A DNA stretch of 64,000 nucleotides from Felis catus. Lineage: Eukaryota. The position numbers and the translations under genes are program-made. Shown one piece after another: positions 37,377 to 49,170 of this stretch (position 1 is its first letter; every line of letters begins with the position of its first letter). The DNA is taken from positions 63,304,001-63,368,000 of the forward strand of contig NC_058368.1 in assembly GCF_018350175.1 (NCBI RefSeq), given 5' to 3'. The notes under the pieces are model-generated. The model worked only from the letters and a program-made list of their open reading frames with translations, searched no databases and was not told the DNA's origin.

Positions 37377-38734
37377 TTTGGGTAGGGTCTGCAGTAGCTC
37401 CAAACTACAGGGCACTTCCCCTGTGCTGTCCAAAGAAACTTGTGTTGGTGGGTAGGGCTGCAGTCAGACCTGATGTCTGCCTCCAGCCCACCGCTGGGGC
37501 CACAGTCAGACTGGTGTGTACCTTATCTTCCCCTCTCCCAGGGGCAGGACTCACTGTGGAGTGGTGTGGCCCCTGTCTGGGCTGCTTGCATACAGCCAGG
37601 CTTGTGGTGCTGCTTCGATGGGACCTGGACAAGTGCATATTAGCTGGGGTGGATCGGTGCACAGGGGCGGGAGGGGCAGGGTTAGCTAGCTTTGCTGTAG
37701 GTGATCCCCTGTGGGAGGGGCCCTACAGCAACTGGAGGGAGGCAGGCCCGTCCAAGGGATGGATCCACAGGAGCACAGGGTTGGGCGTTTGTGAGGTGCA
37801 AGCAAGTTCAGTGATAGGAACTGGTTCCCTTTGGAATTTTGGCTGGGGGATGGGAGAGGGAAATGGCGCTTGCCAGTGCCTTTGTTCCCCCACCGAGCTC
37901 TGTCCTGCTGGGGCTCAACAACTCTCCCTCCAGGTGTCCTCTCGCCCTCCCCTTTCTCCGAGAGCAGAGCTGTTGACTTTTAACTTTCCAGATGTTAAGT
38001 CCTACTGGCTGTCAGAACTCATAGAGTCCAACCCCTCCGCTTTTGCAAGCCAGACTTTGGGGGCTCTGCCTTGCCTGGAGGGCTGCCCCTCCACTGCCCT
38101 GGCTCCCTCCTGCCAATCTGTGTAGTGTGCACCTCTCTGCCCTTCCTACCCTCTTCTTTGGGCCTTTTGTCTATGCTTGGCTCCAGAGAGTCCATTCTGC
38201 TAGTCTTCCGGCAGTTTTGGGGTTATTTAGGCTGCTGTGTGTGGAATCTAAGCAATCAGCAGGATGAGGTGAGCCCAGAGTCCTCCTACGCTGCCATCTT
38301 TTTTCCTCTTTCCAGGTATGTAACTTTTACAAATAGAATTGAGAAAATTCCCACAGGAACATACTGAAATGGACACAAAATTAAATATTGGAAATAACAT
38401 TCTCTCTCTTCCTAACTTCAGTAGTCCTGTGCCAATCCTGTGTGTTTCTCACAAACATACTTTATTTATCTGCTCAAGACTTTTACTGGACTCTAGACTT
38501 TTACTGGGATGAGATAATGGGTGGAGAATGGTGCCTACAAAATCTAAATTAGTTTCTTCAAGAAAGAACAGAGCTCCATTTGGTAAAAGGTAAGAAAAGA
38601 AGTGATCTGGAAGAACGTGTGGAATGTAGTAGGCTAGAGTTTTGAGAGATAACAGGGAAATAAATTTGAGAAATAACTACCAATATGATTGGGACTTCAG
38701 GGAGAGAGAGAGATAAAAGAGATTTTAAAAATTA

Positions 38735-38975
38735 ACAGCAATAATAAACATCTATTATTAATTCTGTAATAGGTACTGTTCTAAGTGGCTTACATGTATG
38801 AATTGAACTTGATTGTCCAACAATTGTATAAGATAGTTATACAATTTTAGCATCCTCTACATTATAAATGAGAAAACTCTGGAACATTGAAAATAAGTAA
38901 CTTGCCTAAGGTTAATCAACTAAAAGTCGCAGAGTTGTAATTCACACCCAAGCAGTTTGTCCCTTAACTTATTCA
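38735..38975 (-). mobile_element. MIR SINE
   Basis: aggtactgttctaagtggcttacatg...aaatgagaaaact...aagtaacttgcctaaggt. Confidence 0.8.
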
Positions 38976-39786
38976 TGTAACAGTTAGACTATAGATGCTT
39001 TACTTAGAAAATATGCCTTACAGCCATTTCAAAAAATATTTACAGAAAACATCCACAAAGGTATTTACTTTCCAGTACTTTTTGAGTTAAGATCTGTGTT
39101 TCTTTTAATCTTGTTAGCACATTTTAACTGACATTAATGGAGTACAGCTTTATTCAAATTATACAAGTAAAATTAAAAGAATCTCAAAACTAATGTCCTA
39201 GTTACTATGACATGCAAATAAAATTAAATATAACATGGATTGTGCTACTTAATGTTCTGTAGCTAAAAGATGAAAGTTCAAAAAAATTCCTTTGGCAGTG
39301 TGCAGTTATTGTAACTTATAAGTGTACAATTTTACACATCAAAAACCTTTACAAATGGTCTCATACTCTTAACACAGAGTGACAAAGGAAAAACCTTATA
39401 GGCTACATAAGACTCAAGGAATATAAATCCAAAGTTTGTCTTGCATTAGGCAAGACTTATAAGAAATAAAGCCTAACATTTCTATGCAGATGCTATCACT
39501 GGAAAACATCCACTTAATTTGGTTGTGGCCAAAGTCCAGTCTTTGACCTGTATTTGAAGGTTTATGTGCTATAAATGCTGTAAATTAATGAAGTGGATGC
39601 TCCATTTAAGCATTAGTAGCAAAGTACCAGAAAAAGGCCAGAGGGAAAGTAAGAAATGAACCTGGGCTCAGAAAAAGAAAAAAAAAGTCAACTTGAAGAA
39701 TAATAACCTGAGATTGGAATCTTCACTTTTACATAGTCACCATCCCCACTGCCATGTCCTTTGAGCCTCTGTCTGTAAAGGGGAAT

Positions 39787-40798
39787 GGTATTTCATCAAA
39801 TATAAGACATTAAATAAGATGCACCATTGGTTTATGTAGAGTTAATTTTTAAAAATCAACCAATTAAAATGACACAGTGTTTTCTCATAATTTAGAATTA
39901 TTTCACATTTGTTGAAAAATGGATTTATATCTGCATATAATAAAAGGAAAATAAGAATTGGTGGAAGAATTACAAATCTTCATAAGATTTTATTTTTTGG
40001 GAAAACTTCAAACAAAGTTTTGATACCTCTGTTTTCCCATAAAATATCACCCTCTATGCCATAGAGAGCACTGGTGATGCTACTAAAATATGCCTCAATA
40101 TTGTCTTTGGGGTCTTATTCCAAGCTTCTGACATTTTGTAAGTTTTGATGCTGGTGCTTTCTTGATATTAACTGATGCTGACAATGGAGGACTTCAGGTA
40201 ACACTCAAAACCTTCTACTATAGACTAAATGTTTACATATCTTCAGAATTCATGTGTCGAAACCTAATCCCCACTGTGATGGTATTTAGAAGTGGGGCCT
40301 TAGGGAGACTATAAGGTTATGAGGATGGAGCCCTCTTGAAAAGAACTGGTGCCCCTATGAAAACACCCCCTAGAGAGCTCCTTTGCCTCTTCTATCATGT
40401 GAAGACACAGCTACAAGATAGCCATTCTATGAACCAGACACTAAATCTACCTGTGCCTTGATCTTAGATTTCCCAACCTCCAGAAAGAACTGTGATAAAT
40501 AAATTTCTGCTATATATAAGTCACCCAGTATATGGTATTTTTGTTTTAGCAGCCTAAATCAAAAGACATGATCCTATTAAGGTCCTTAGACAGTTTATGA
40601 TTGAGACACAGAAAGTTTTACCTTTCCCACCATGCAGGCAAAAATAACAGCCAAGGTTGGATATGCTCAAGCAATAACACATGATCACTTCTACCCAGTC
40701 AGAGTTCATTTTAAGATTCCATTAATTGTAAGACATATCCCAATTTCAGAAAAGTTAGCAGGTAGAAATTGTGCAGCTTAGAGAAGAATCAATGGAAT
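39787..40798 (-). mobile_element. Tc2/Kanga-like DNA transposon relic split by an LTR
   Basis: Termini gtatttcatcaaa...taagatgcacc and ...taagacatatcccaatttcaga...tgtgcagcttag...aatcaatggaat resemble Kanga/MER104 ends. Confidence 0.55.
40216..40568 (+). mobile_element. MLT1A-like MaLR solo LTR
   Basis: aattcatgtgtcgaaacctaatcccc...gtggggccttaggga...ccttgatcttagatttcccaacctccagaa...aataaatttctg...gcagcctaaatcaaaagaca. Confidence 0.88.
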
Positions 40799-41133
40799 TA
40801 AGTGTATGAGCTGCTCCATGTTATGTTAACTCCTGGATAATTAGGAGTTTTGACACCATTTTTTTTTTGGTCATTAGAGTGAAATATCTGTTGTTAACCT
40901 GCCTGTGTGACTTTTCCTTGCATAAAAATGCCAGCCTTCCTGCCCTCAAATCCATTATGTTGGAGGCCCCTACATTGCCCTCCATGCTTGAATCTAAGAA
41001 ATTGTAATGTCAATAGGTTGCTTTCTCAGAGTCTATTTTGTAAACCCTTCTTCTCTCAGAAAAGGATCTAACATTTTTTTTAACCAAGTAGTAAAACACA
41101 TAATAAAATACTGTGTAGTTTAAAGTTTAAGAG

Positions 41134-41481
41134 TACAAGCTCTATAATCCCTTCTCTAAGACCTTGAGACAGAAATGTTTCAGAATTCTTAATTTTCTTT
41201 TAATTTTATAAAGATAGTAATCACACATGTACCATATCCTATATAACACCAATAGATTCTAGAGTGGGATACTGTAATCAAAGTTGTTAATACTTTTGCG
41301 ATAAGATGGATGAATTGTAATAGGGATAAGGACTATAAATGGCCTCATGTAAATTCAGGCTGGATTTGGCCACCAAATGAGACAAGGGCAGGTAAATTTT
41401 GCCACCAAGTGAATTATACAAATCTTTCAGTTTTCCAAGCTAATGGAACTCAGAATTGCAAATAAGGGTTTGTGGACATAG
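41134..41481. mobile_element. Tigger-like MITE (MamRep-type, family uncertain)
   Basis: Degenerate TIRs caagctctataatccctt / aataagggtttgtggacata; internal repeated gccaccaa(a/g)tga. Confidence 0.6.
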
Positions 41482-41669
41482 GTTAAGCATAAATATTCTA
41501 GTTTTTGCATAGAGCTTTAGGCATGGGCTGGAAAGTGAATGTTATTTTAGAAGGATGAGGGAAGTGCCAAGTTTTCTCAGTTTCCAAGTAATCACATCTT
41601 ATTTGGAGAAAAAGAACACATCCACGATTGAGGTTGGCCATGTGGCTTTGAAAACTGGCCTCATTGCAT

Positions 41670-42545
41670 AATCTTCTTCCTCCTTATATTTCCTCATCTC
41701 AGTAAATGGTATCACAAACTACCCAGTTTCTCAAGCCAAAAACCTTACAGTTTTCCTATATTCTGTTCTCATCTCTCATCATATCAAAAAGTCTTACCAA
41801 TCTACTTCTATATATGCCCTTTTGGAACATACACGTTATAGGACATCCAGTCTTTCTATCTCCAGGGCTACCACCTCAATCCAAGCCACATCATGTCTTC
41901 TGAATTAAGATAACTTCCTATTCCATGTACTCTTTTGGCTCTCATCTCCCAGCAGCCATTGCTCACACAACAGCTACAGTGATCTTTAAATCGCAAGTCA
42001 GATGTCTCCTTTGCCTGCTTAAGAACTCCAAAACTCTTACAATGACCAATGCTTTGCATGACCTGGGCCTCTTCTCCTCCCACTTTCCTTTCATTTACTG
42101 TACTTTATTCACCCCTGTCAGCTTTCTTTCTGTTCTGCAAATAAGCAAGTTTCTTCCTCCTTTACAGCCTTTGCATTTGCTGCTCGCTTGGGGATGCAGC
42201 TAGGGACACTGAGACCTGAGACCTTTGCCTCTCTGGCTTCTTCTTGTACTTTAGTTGTCAGCTCAGATGTCAGTTCCTCATCCTGGATTTTCTTGGCTCC
42301 CAATCCAAGCTAGATCTGACCCCTAATCACTCAATGGATGACCTTTGTTGATTTTCTTTTGGGTATTACCATTTTGAAATTTTCTTGGTGAATTGTTTCT
42401 TTACATATTCACTCCAGTGTTTCTGCCTTCTAGACTGTAAGCTTCATACAGGCAAGGACTGTTTACCATTGTTTATCCACTGCCCAGACCATTGGCTGGT
42501 ATATAGAAGAGGTTTATTAAATATATTTCAAATAAATGTATAAAA
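41670..42545 (+). mobile_element. L2 3' region
   Basis: ttcctcatctcagtaaatgg...tcaagccaaaaacct...gcctttgcatttgctg...tagactgtaagcttcatacaggcaagg. Confidence 0.85.
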
Positions 42546-42739
42546 TCCAAATAACTGATAGTCTAAAATGTTAATTCTATTATTACATCAATCAGATTAT
42601 TGGTATTCTTAGTTCACGCAAATTGGAGTAGACTATGGACATTTTAGAGAATGGTGATATGTCCAGAATACCAGAGCATGGGATGTTTTTAGTTAATTTG
42701 ATATTTTGGCCACTTAAATCATTAATATAGATCTGTAAC

Positions 42740-42900
42740 TTGGGTTACATTTAATGAATGCTTTCTATGGAACATAATGCTGTAGGACTTAAATATATAA
42801 CATCATTTTATCTTTCTATCAACTGAAAAAACTAAGTGACTTGCCCAATGTCTCATATCTAGAATGCAGCTGCTCTAGGATTGAATCCAGATTCCTCAGA
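42740..42900 (-). mobile_element. MIR fragment
   Basis: aagtgacttgcccaatgtctcatatctag...ggattgaatccag. Confidence 0.65.
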
Positions 42901-44013
42901 GCACAAACCTGACAAAATGAATGTAATCAATTTATATTGAAAGAAATTTAACTTTCTTTTAATGATTCAAATGCAATTATTAAAATATTGCTATTCTATA
43001 TAGCACAATGAAAACATAGTTATCTGAGTTCTATGAGTTTTAAAGAATGTGAAGTTAGAAGAGTTTCATGTCTTTATACTGGAACAATTATCTTTTCTTT
43101 GGAAAAGCCTCCAGGTTTATTTCCTCTTATGGTTACAGAAGATATAAATAAATTAAAAAATTACTTTTATGAAACTCACCTGGTTTTCAAGGCTATCATT
43201 TTAATAAGGAAACCAAAATTCTTTCTTCTACTGTTTTTTTTTTCATTTTAATTTCAGTATAGTTAACATACAGTGTCAAATTAGTTTCAGGTATACAGTA
43301 TCGTGATTCACTGACTCTATACACTGTCCATTATTCATAATGGTAAGAGTATTTTTTAATTCCCATGACATTTTTAACCCGTCCCCCTCACCCACCTCTC
43401 TTCTGATAACCATCATTGTTTTCTCATTAGTTAGGTGTCTGTTTCTTGATTTGTCTCTCTCTCTTTTAAGCTTTGTTCATTTGTTGTGTTTCTTAAATTA
43501 TACATATACATGAAATCCTATGGATTGTCTTTCTCTGACTTATTTCACTTAGTCTTACACTATTTAGATCCATCCATGTTGTTGCAAATGGGAAGATTTC
43601 GTTCTTTTTTATGGCTGAATAATATTCCATTTGCATGCACACACACAAACACACACGCACACACCACTTCTTTACCCGTTCATCTATGGATGGACACATC
43701 GGCTGTTTCCATAATTTGGCTATTGTAAATAATGCTGCAATAAACATAGCAGTGCATATATCCTTTTGAATTAGTGTTTTCATATTTTGGGGGTAAATAC
43801 AAAGTAGTGCTATTACTGCATCATATGGAAGTTCTATTTTTAAATTTTAAGGAAACTCTGTCCCATTTTCCAGAGTGTCTGCCCAAGTTTGCATTTCCAC
43901 CAACAGTGCATAAGGGTTCCTTTTTCTCCACATTCTTGCCAACACCTGTTGTTTCTTGTGTTTTTTATTTTAACCATTCTGACAGGTTTCAGGTAATAGC
44001 TCATTGTAGTTTA

Positions 44014-44109
<96 letters not shown>

Positions 44110-44660
44110 TTAAATTGGATTACTGGGAGAGGGTTGGTGTTGAATTCTTTAGAGGTTTTGTATACTAACCCTTTATCAGATATATCCTTTGCAAATACTT
44201 CTCCAATTCAGTAGGATTTCTTTTAGTTTTGTTGATAGTTTCATTCACTGTGTGCAGAAGCATTTTTTTTATTTAGTCCTAAAAGTTTATTTTTGCTTTT
44301 GTTCCCTTTGCCTCAGCAGACATATCTAAAAAAATGCTGTTATGGCCGATGTTGGAGAAATTACTGCCTGTGCTCTCTTCTAGAATTTTTATGGTTTCAG
44401 GTCTCACATTTAGGTCCTTAATCCATTTTGAGTTTATTTTTGTGTGTACTGTTAGAAAGTGATCCAGTTTCATTCTTTTGCATGTAGCTGTCCAGTTTTC
44501 TCAACATCATTTGTTGAAGAGACTGTCTTTTCCCCACTGCATATCCTTTCTTTCTTTGTCAAAAATTAATTTACCATATAACCATGGGTTTATTTCTGGG
44601 CTTTCTATTCTGTTCTCTTGGTTTATGTGTCTGTTTTTATGCCAATACAATACTGTTTTG

Positions 44661-44859
44661 TTTTGTTTTGTTTTAATGTCTATTTGTTTATTTTGAGAGG
44701 GACGAGGGGCAGAGAGAGAGGGAGAAAGAGAGTCCTGAGCAGGCTCCATGCTACCAGCACAGAAACCAATGTGGGGCTTGCTCTCATGAGCCATGACATC
44801 ATGACCTGATCCTAAATCAAGAGTCAGACAAATAACAGACTGAGCCACCCAGGCACCCC
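44661..44859 (-). mobile_element. CAN-SINE inside the second L1
   Basis: Ends ctgagccacccaggcacccc; TSD actgttttg. Confidence 0.9.
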
Positions 44860-47339
44860 ATCACACTGTTTTGATTATTACAGCTATGTAGTATAACTTG
44901 AAATCTGGAATTATGCTACCTCCAGGTTTGTTTCTCTTTTTCAAGATTGCTTTGACTGTTCAGGGTCTTTTGTGGTTCCATACAAATTTTAGGATTGTTT
45001 GTTCTAGTTCTGTGAAAAATGCTGTTGGTATTTTGATAAAGATTGCATTAAATCTGTAGATTGTTTCGGGTACTGTAGACATTTTAACAATATTTGTTCT
45101 TCCCCATGAGCATGGAATGTCTTTCCATTTTTTGTCTTTTTCAATTTCTTTCATAAGTGTTTTATATCACCTTCTTAGTTAAATTTATAACTAGATATTA
45201 TTTTGTTGCAATTATAAAAATGATTGATTCCTTAATTTCTCTTTATGCTGCTTCATTATTGGCATATAGAGATGCAGTATTTTTTTCTATGTTGATTTTG
45301 TATCCTGTGACCTTACTGAATTTATCAATTCTAGCAGTTTTTTGGCAGAATCTTCCAGTTTTCTATACAGAGTATCATCTCATCTGCAAATAATGAAAGT
45401 TTTACTTATTCCTTTCTGAATTGGATGTCTTTTGTTTTTTTTTGTTATCTGATTGCTGTGGCTAGGAGTTCCAGTGCTATGGTGAATAAAAGTGGTGAGA
45501 GTGGACATCCCTGTCTTTTTCTTGACTGTGTGGAAGAAAAGCTGTCAGTTTTTCCCCATTGAGGATGATGTTAGCTGTGAGTTTTTTGTATATGGCCTTT
45601 ATTATGTTGAGGGGTGTTCCCTCTAAACCTACTTTGTTGAGGGTTTCTATCATGAATGGATTCTGTACTTTTCAGATACTTTTTCATTTTGTCCATTGAA
45701 ATGATCTTACAGTTTTTATCCTTTCTCTCATTGATGTGAAGTATCGGTTGATTTGCAAATACTGAACCACCCTTGCAGCTGAGGAATAAATCCCACTTGA
45801 TTGTGGTGAATGATTTTTTTTTCATGCATTGTTGGATTTGGTGTGTTAGTATTTTTATTAAGGCTTTTTGCATCCATGTTCATCAGAGGTTTTGGCCTGT
45901 AGTTCTCTTGTTTTGTGGTGTCATTATCTGCTTTTGGTATCAGGGTAATGCTGGCCTCATAGAAGGAATTTGGAAGCTTTCCTTCCTCTTATTTTTGGAA
46001 TATTTTGAGAAAAATAGGTATTAACTCATCTTTAAATGTTTGGCAGGATTCATCTGTGAAGCTGTATGGTCCTGGACTTTTGTTTATTTGGAATTTTTTT
46101 GATTACTAATTCAATTTGATTGTTGGTAATCTGTCTTTCCAAATTTTCTATTCACTTTTGGGGGGTTCTGTGTTTCTAGGAATTTGTCCATTTCTTCTAG
46201 GTTGTCCAATTTGTTGGCATATACTTTTTCATAACATTCTCTTTGAATCCTTTGTATTCTGTAGTGTCAGTTTCCCTGCTTTCATTTCTGATTTTGTTTG
46301 AGTCCTCTCTCTCTCATCTCATCTCATCTCATCTCACTTTCTCTTTTTATGAATCTGGCTAAAGGTTTATCAATTCTGTTGGTCTTCTCAAAGAATCATC
46401 TCCTACCCAGTTTCATTAATTTGTTTTATTGGGTTTTTTTTTTTAGTTTCTATTTTATTTCTGCTCTATTCTATGATTTTCCTCCATCTATTTGTTTTGA
46501 CTTTTCATGGTTCTTCTTTTTTAGCTCCTTTATGTGTTGGGTTAGGTTGTTTATTTGAGATTTTTTTTCTTCTTTAAGTAGGCCAAATTTTAGCTATATA
46601 CCTTTTCTTAGAACAGCTTTTGTTACATCCCAAATTTTGGACCATTGTGTTTTCATTTTGATTTGTCTCCATGTATTTTTTGAGTTCCTCTTTGATTTTT
46701 TGGTTGACTCATGCATTATTTAGTAGCATATCATTTAACCCCCCTGTATTTTTTCTCTTTCCAGATTTTTTCTTGTGGTTAATTTTTAGTTTCATAGTGT
46801 TGTGGGCAGAAAAGATGCATGGTATGACTTCAATCTTTCTGAATTTGTTAAGGCTTGTTTTGTACCCTAATATGTGATCTATTCTGGAGAATGTTTCATG
46901 TGCACTTGAAAGGAATGTGTATTATGCTGTTTTAGGATGGAATGTTCTAAATATATCTGTGAAATCCATCTGGTCCAATATGTCATTCAAAGCCACTGTT
47001 TCCTTGTTGATTTTCTGTTTGTATGATCTATCCATTGATGTAAGTGGGGTGTTAAAATCCCCTATTATTATTGTATTACTATCAATTATTTCCTTTATGC
47101 TTACTATTAACTGCTTTGTGTATTTGGGTGCTCCCATGTTGGGTGAATAAATATTCACAGTTGTTATATCGTCTTGTTGAATTGTTCCCTTTATGATTAT
47201 ATAATATCCTTTGTCTCTTGTTACAGTCTTTGTTTTAAAGTCCTTTTTGTCTAAGTATTGCTACCCTGGCTTTCTTTTCACATCCATTCATATGACAAAT
47301 ACTTCTCCATCCCTTCAATTTCACTCTGCTTGTGTCTTT

Positions 47340-47547
47340 GTTTTTTTAACGTCTATTTATTTATTTTGAGAGAATGTGTGTGTGGGTTGGGCAGGGTCAG
47401 AGAGAGAGGGAGAGACAGAATCCCATCCAGGCTCTGCACTGTCAATGTGGAACCCGGATGTGGGGCTCAAACTCACAAACTGTGAGATCATAACCTGAGC
47501 CAAAATCAAGAGTCAGACATTTAACAACTGAACCACCCAGGCGCCCC
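47340..47547 (-). mobile_element. CAN-SINE inside the second L1
   Basis: TSD cactctgcttgtgtcttt (47322-47339) / cactctgcaggtgtcttt (47547-47564). Confidence 0.93.
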
Positions 47548-47968
47548 ACTCTGCAGGTGTCTTTAGGTCTGAAATGAATCTCTTGTAGACAGCATATAGA
47601 TGGATTTTCTTCTTTTATTCTTTCCATCACCCTGTGCCTTTTGGTTGGAGCAATCAGTGCATTTACATTCAAAGTGATTATTGATACATATGTATTTATT
47701 GCCTTTTTGTTACTCATTTTATGGTTGTTATAATTCCTCTGTTCCTTTCTCCCTTTGCTCTCTTTTCACAATTAGTTGTCTTTCTTTAGTGATTTACTTG
47801 GATTTCTTTCCGTTTATTTTTTTTTTGCATATATATTACCAGTTTTTGATTTGTGGTTACCATTTCTTTTGTATATAACATTTTCTGAATGTAACAGTCT
47901 ATATTAAGTTGGTGGTCACTAAGTTAGAACACATTCTGTCCCCTACATTTTAGGCATATGGTGTCATT

Positions 47969-48184
47969 CTTTTTTTTTTTAACATTTATTCATTTTTGAG
48001 AGATGGAGAGAGACAGAATATGAGTGGGGAGGGGCAGAGAGAGGGAGACACAGAATCTGAAGCACACTCCAGGCTCCGACCTGTCAGCACAGAGCCTGAT
48101 GTGGGGCTCAAACCCATGAGCTGTGAGATCTTGATCTGAGCTGAAGTCCGGATGCTTAACCAACTGAGCCACCCAGGCGCCCCC
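47969..48184 (-). mobile_element. SINEC_Fc in the inter-ORF region of the second L1
   Basis: Perfect TSD catatggtgtcatt (47955-47968 / 48184-48197). Confidence 0.95.
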
Positions 48185-48289
48185 ATATGGTGTCATTTTG
48201 TGAGTCCCTTGACTGATATTTACAGATATACTTATTTTTACTGCTTTTCTGCTTCCTACTTTCTTACTCTTACTTATGGTCTTTCCTTT

Positions 48290-49170
48290 CCCCTGAAAGA
48301 ATCCCTTTTAATATTTCTTGTAGGACTGGTTTACAGTATGAATTCCTTTGACTTTTGTTTTTCTGGGAAACTCTTTATCTCTCCTTTTATTCTGAATGAT
48401 AGCCTTGCTAGATAGAATATTCTTGACTGTAGAATTTTTCCTTTCAGAACTTTCAATATATCATGCCACTGCTTTCTGGCTTGCAAAGATTTGACTGAAA
48501 AATCTGCTGATAGCATTATGGGGTTTCCCTTGTATGTAATTGTTCTCTTTTGCCTGCTGCCTTCAAAATCCTCCCTTTATCACTACTTTTTGACATTTCA
48601 ATTACTATGTGTCTTAGTGTGGCACTCCTTGGATTGATTTTTTTAGAGGCTCCTTGTGTCTCCTATGTCTGAATGTCTGTTTCCTTCCCAAGATTCCAGA
48701 AATGTTCAGCTATTATTTCTTCAAATAAGTTTTCTGCCCCCTTTTCTCCTTCTGGGATCCCTATAATGAGAATGTTATTTTGCTTGATGGTGTCACTGAG
48801 TTTCCTGTGTCTATTCTCCTTTTGCATATTTTTTTTCTCTCTCACCTGCTCAGCTTGATTACTTTCCATTACTCTGTCCTCCAGGTTGCTGATTTGTTCC
48901 TCTGCTTCCCCTAGTGTGCTATTTATTTCATATAGTTTTATTTTCTTAATTTCATTTATCATTTTCTTCATTTGGATTGATTCTTTTTTATCTCTTTGTT
49001 GAAGATCTCACTGATGTCCTCCACTTTTTTCTCAAGTCCAGTGAGTATCTTTATGATCATTACTTTAAATTCTCTATCAGGCATATTACTTACTCCATTT
49101 TACTTAGATCTCTTGCTGTGATTTTTCCTGTCCTTTCATTTGGGGTATGTTCCTCTGTCTCCACATTTTG
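48290..49170 (-). pseudogene. L1 ORF1, disrupted
   Basis: EAEEQISNLEDR...NILIIGIPEGE; SADFSVKSLQARKQWHDILKVLK; boundaries approximate. Confidence 0.85.

Larger units (their letters stand above)
31940..38305 (-). mobile_element. Full-length felid LINE-1 (decayed; 3 SINE insertions)
   Basis: Poly-T at ~31941-31960; ORF2 and ORF1 fragments in order; GC-rich 5'UTR ~37380-38305 ending in the YY1-type motif gccatctt (38293-38300). Confidence 0.96.
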
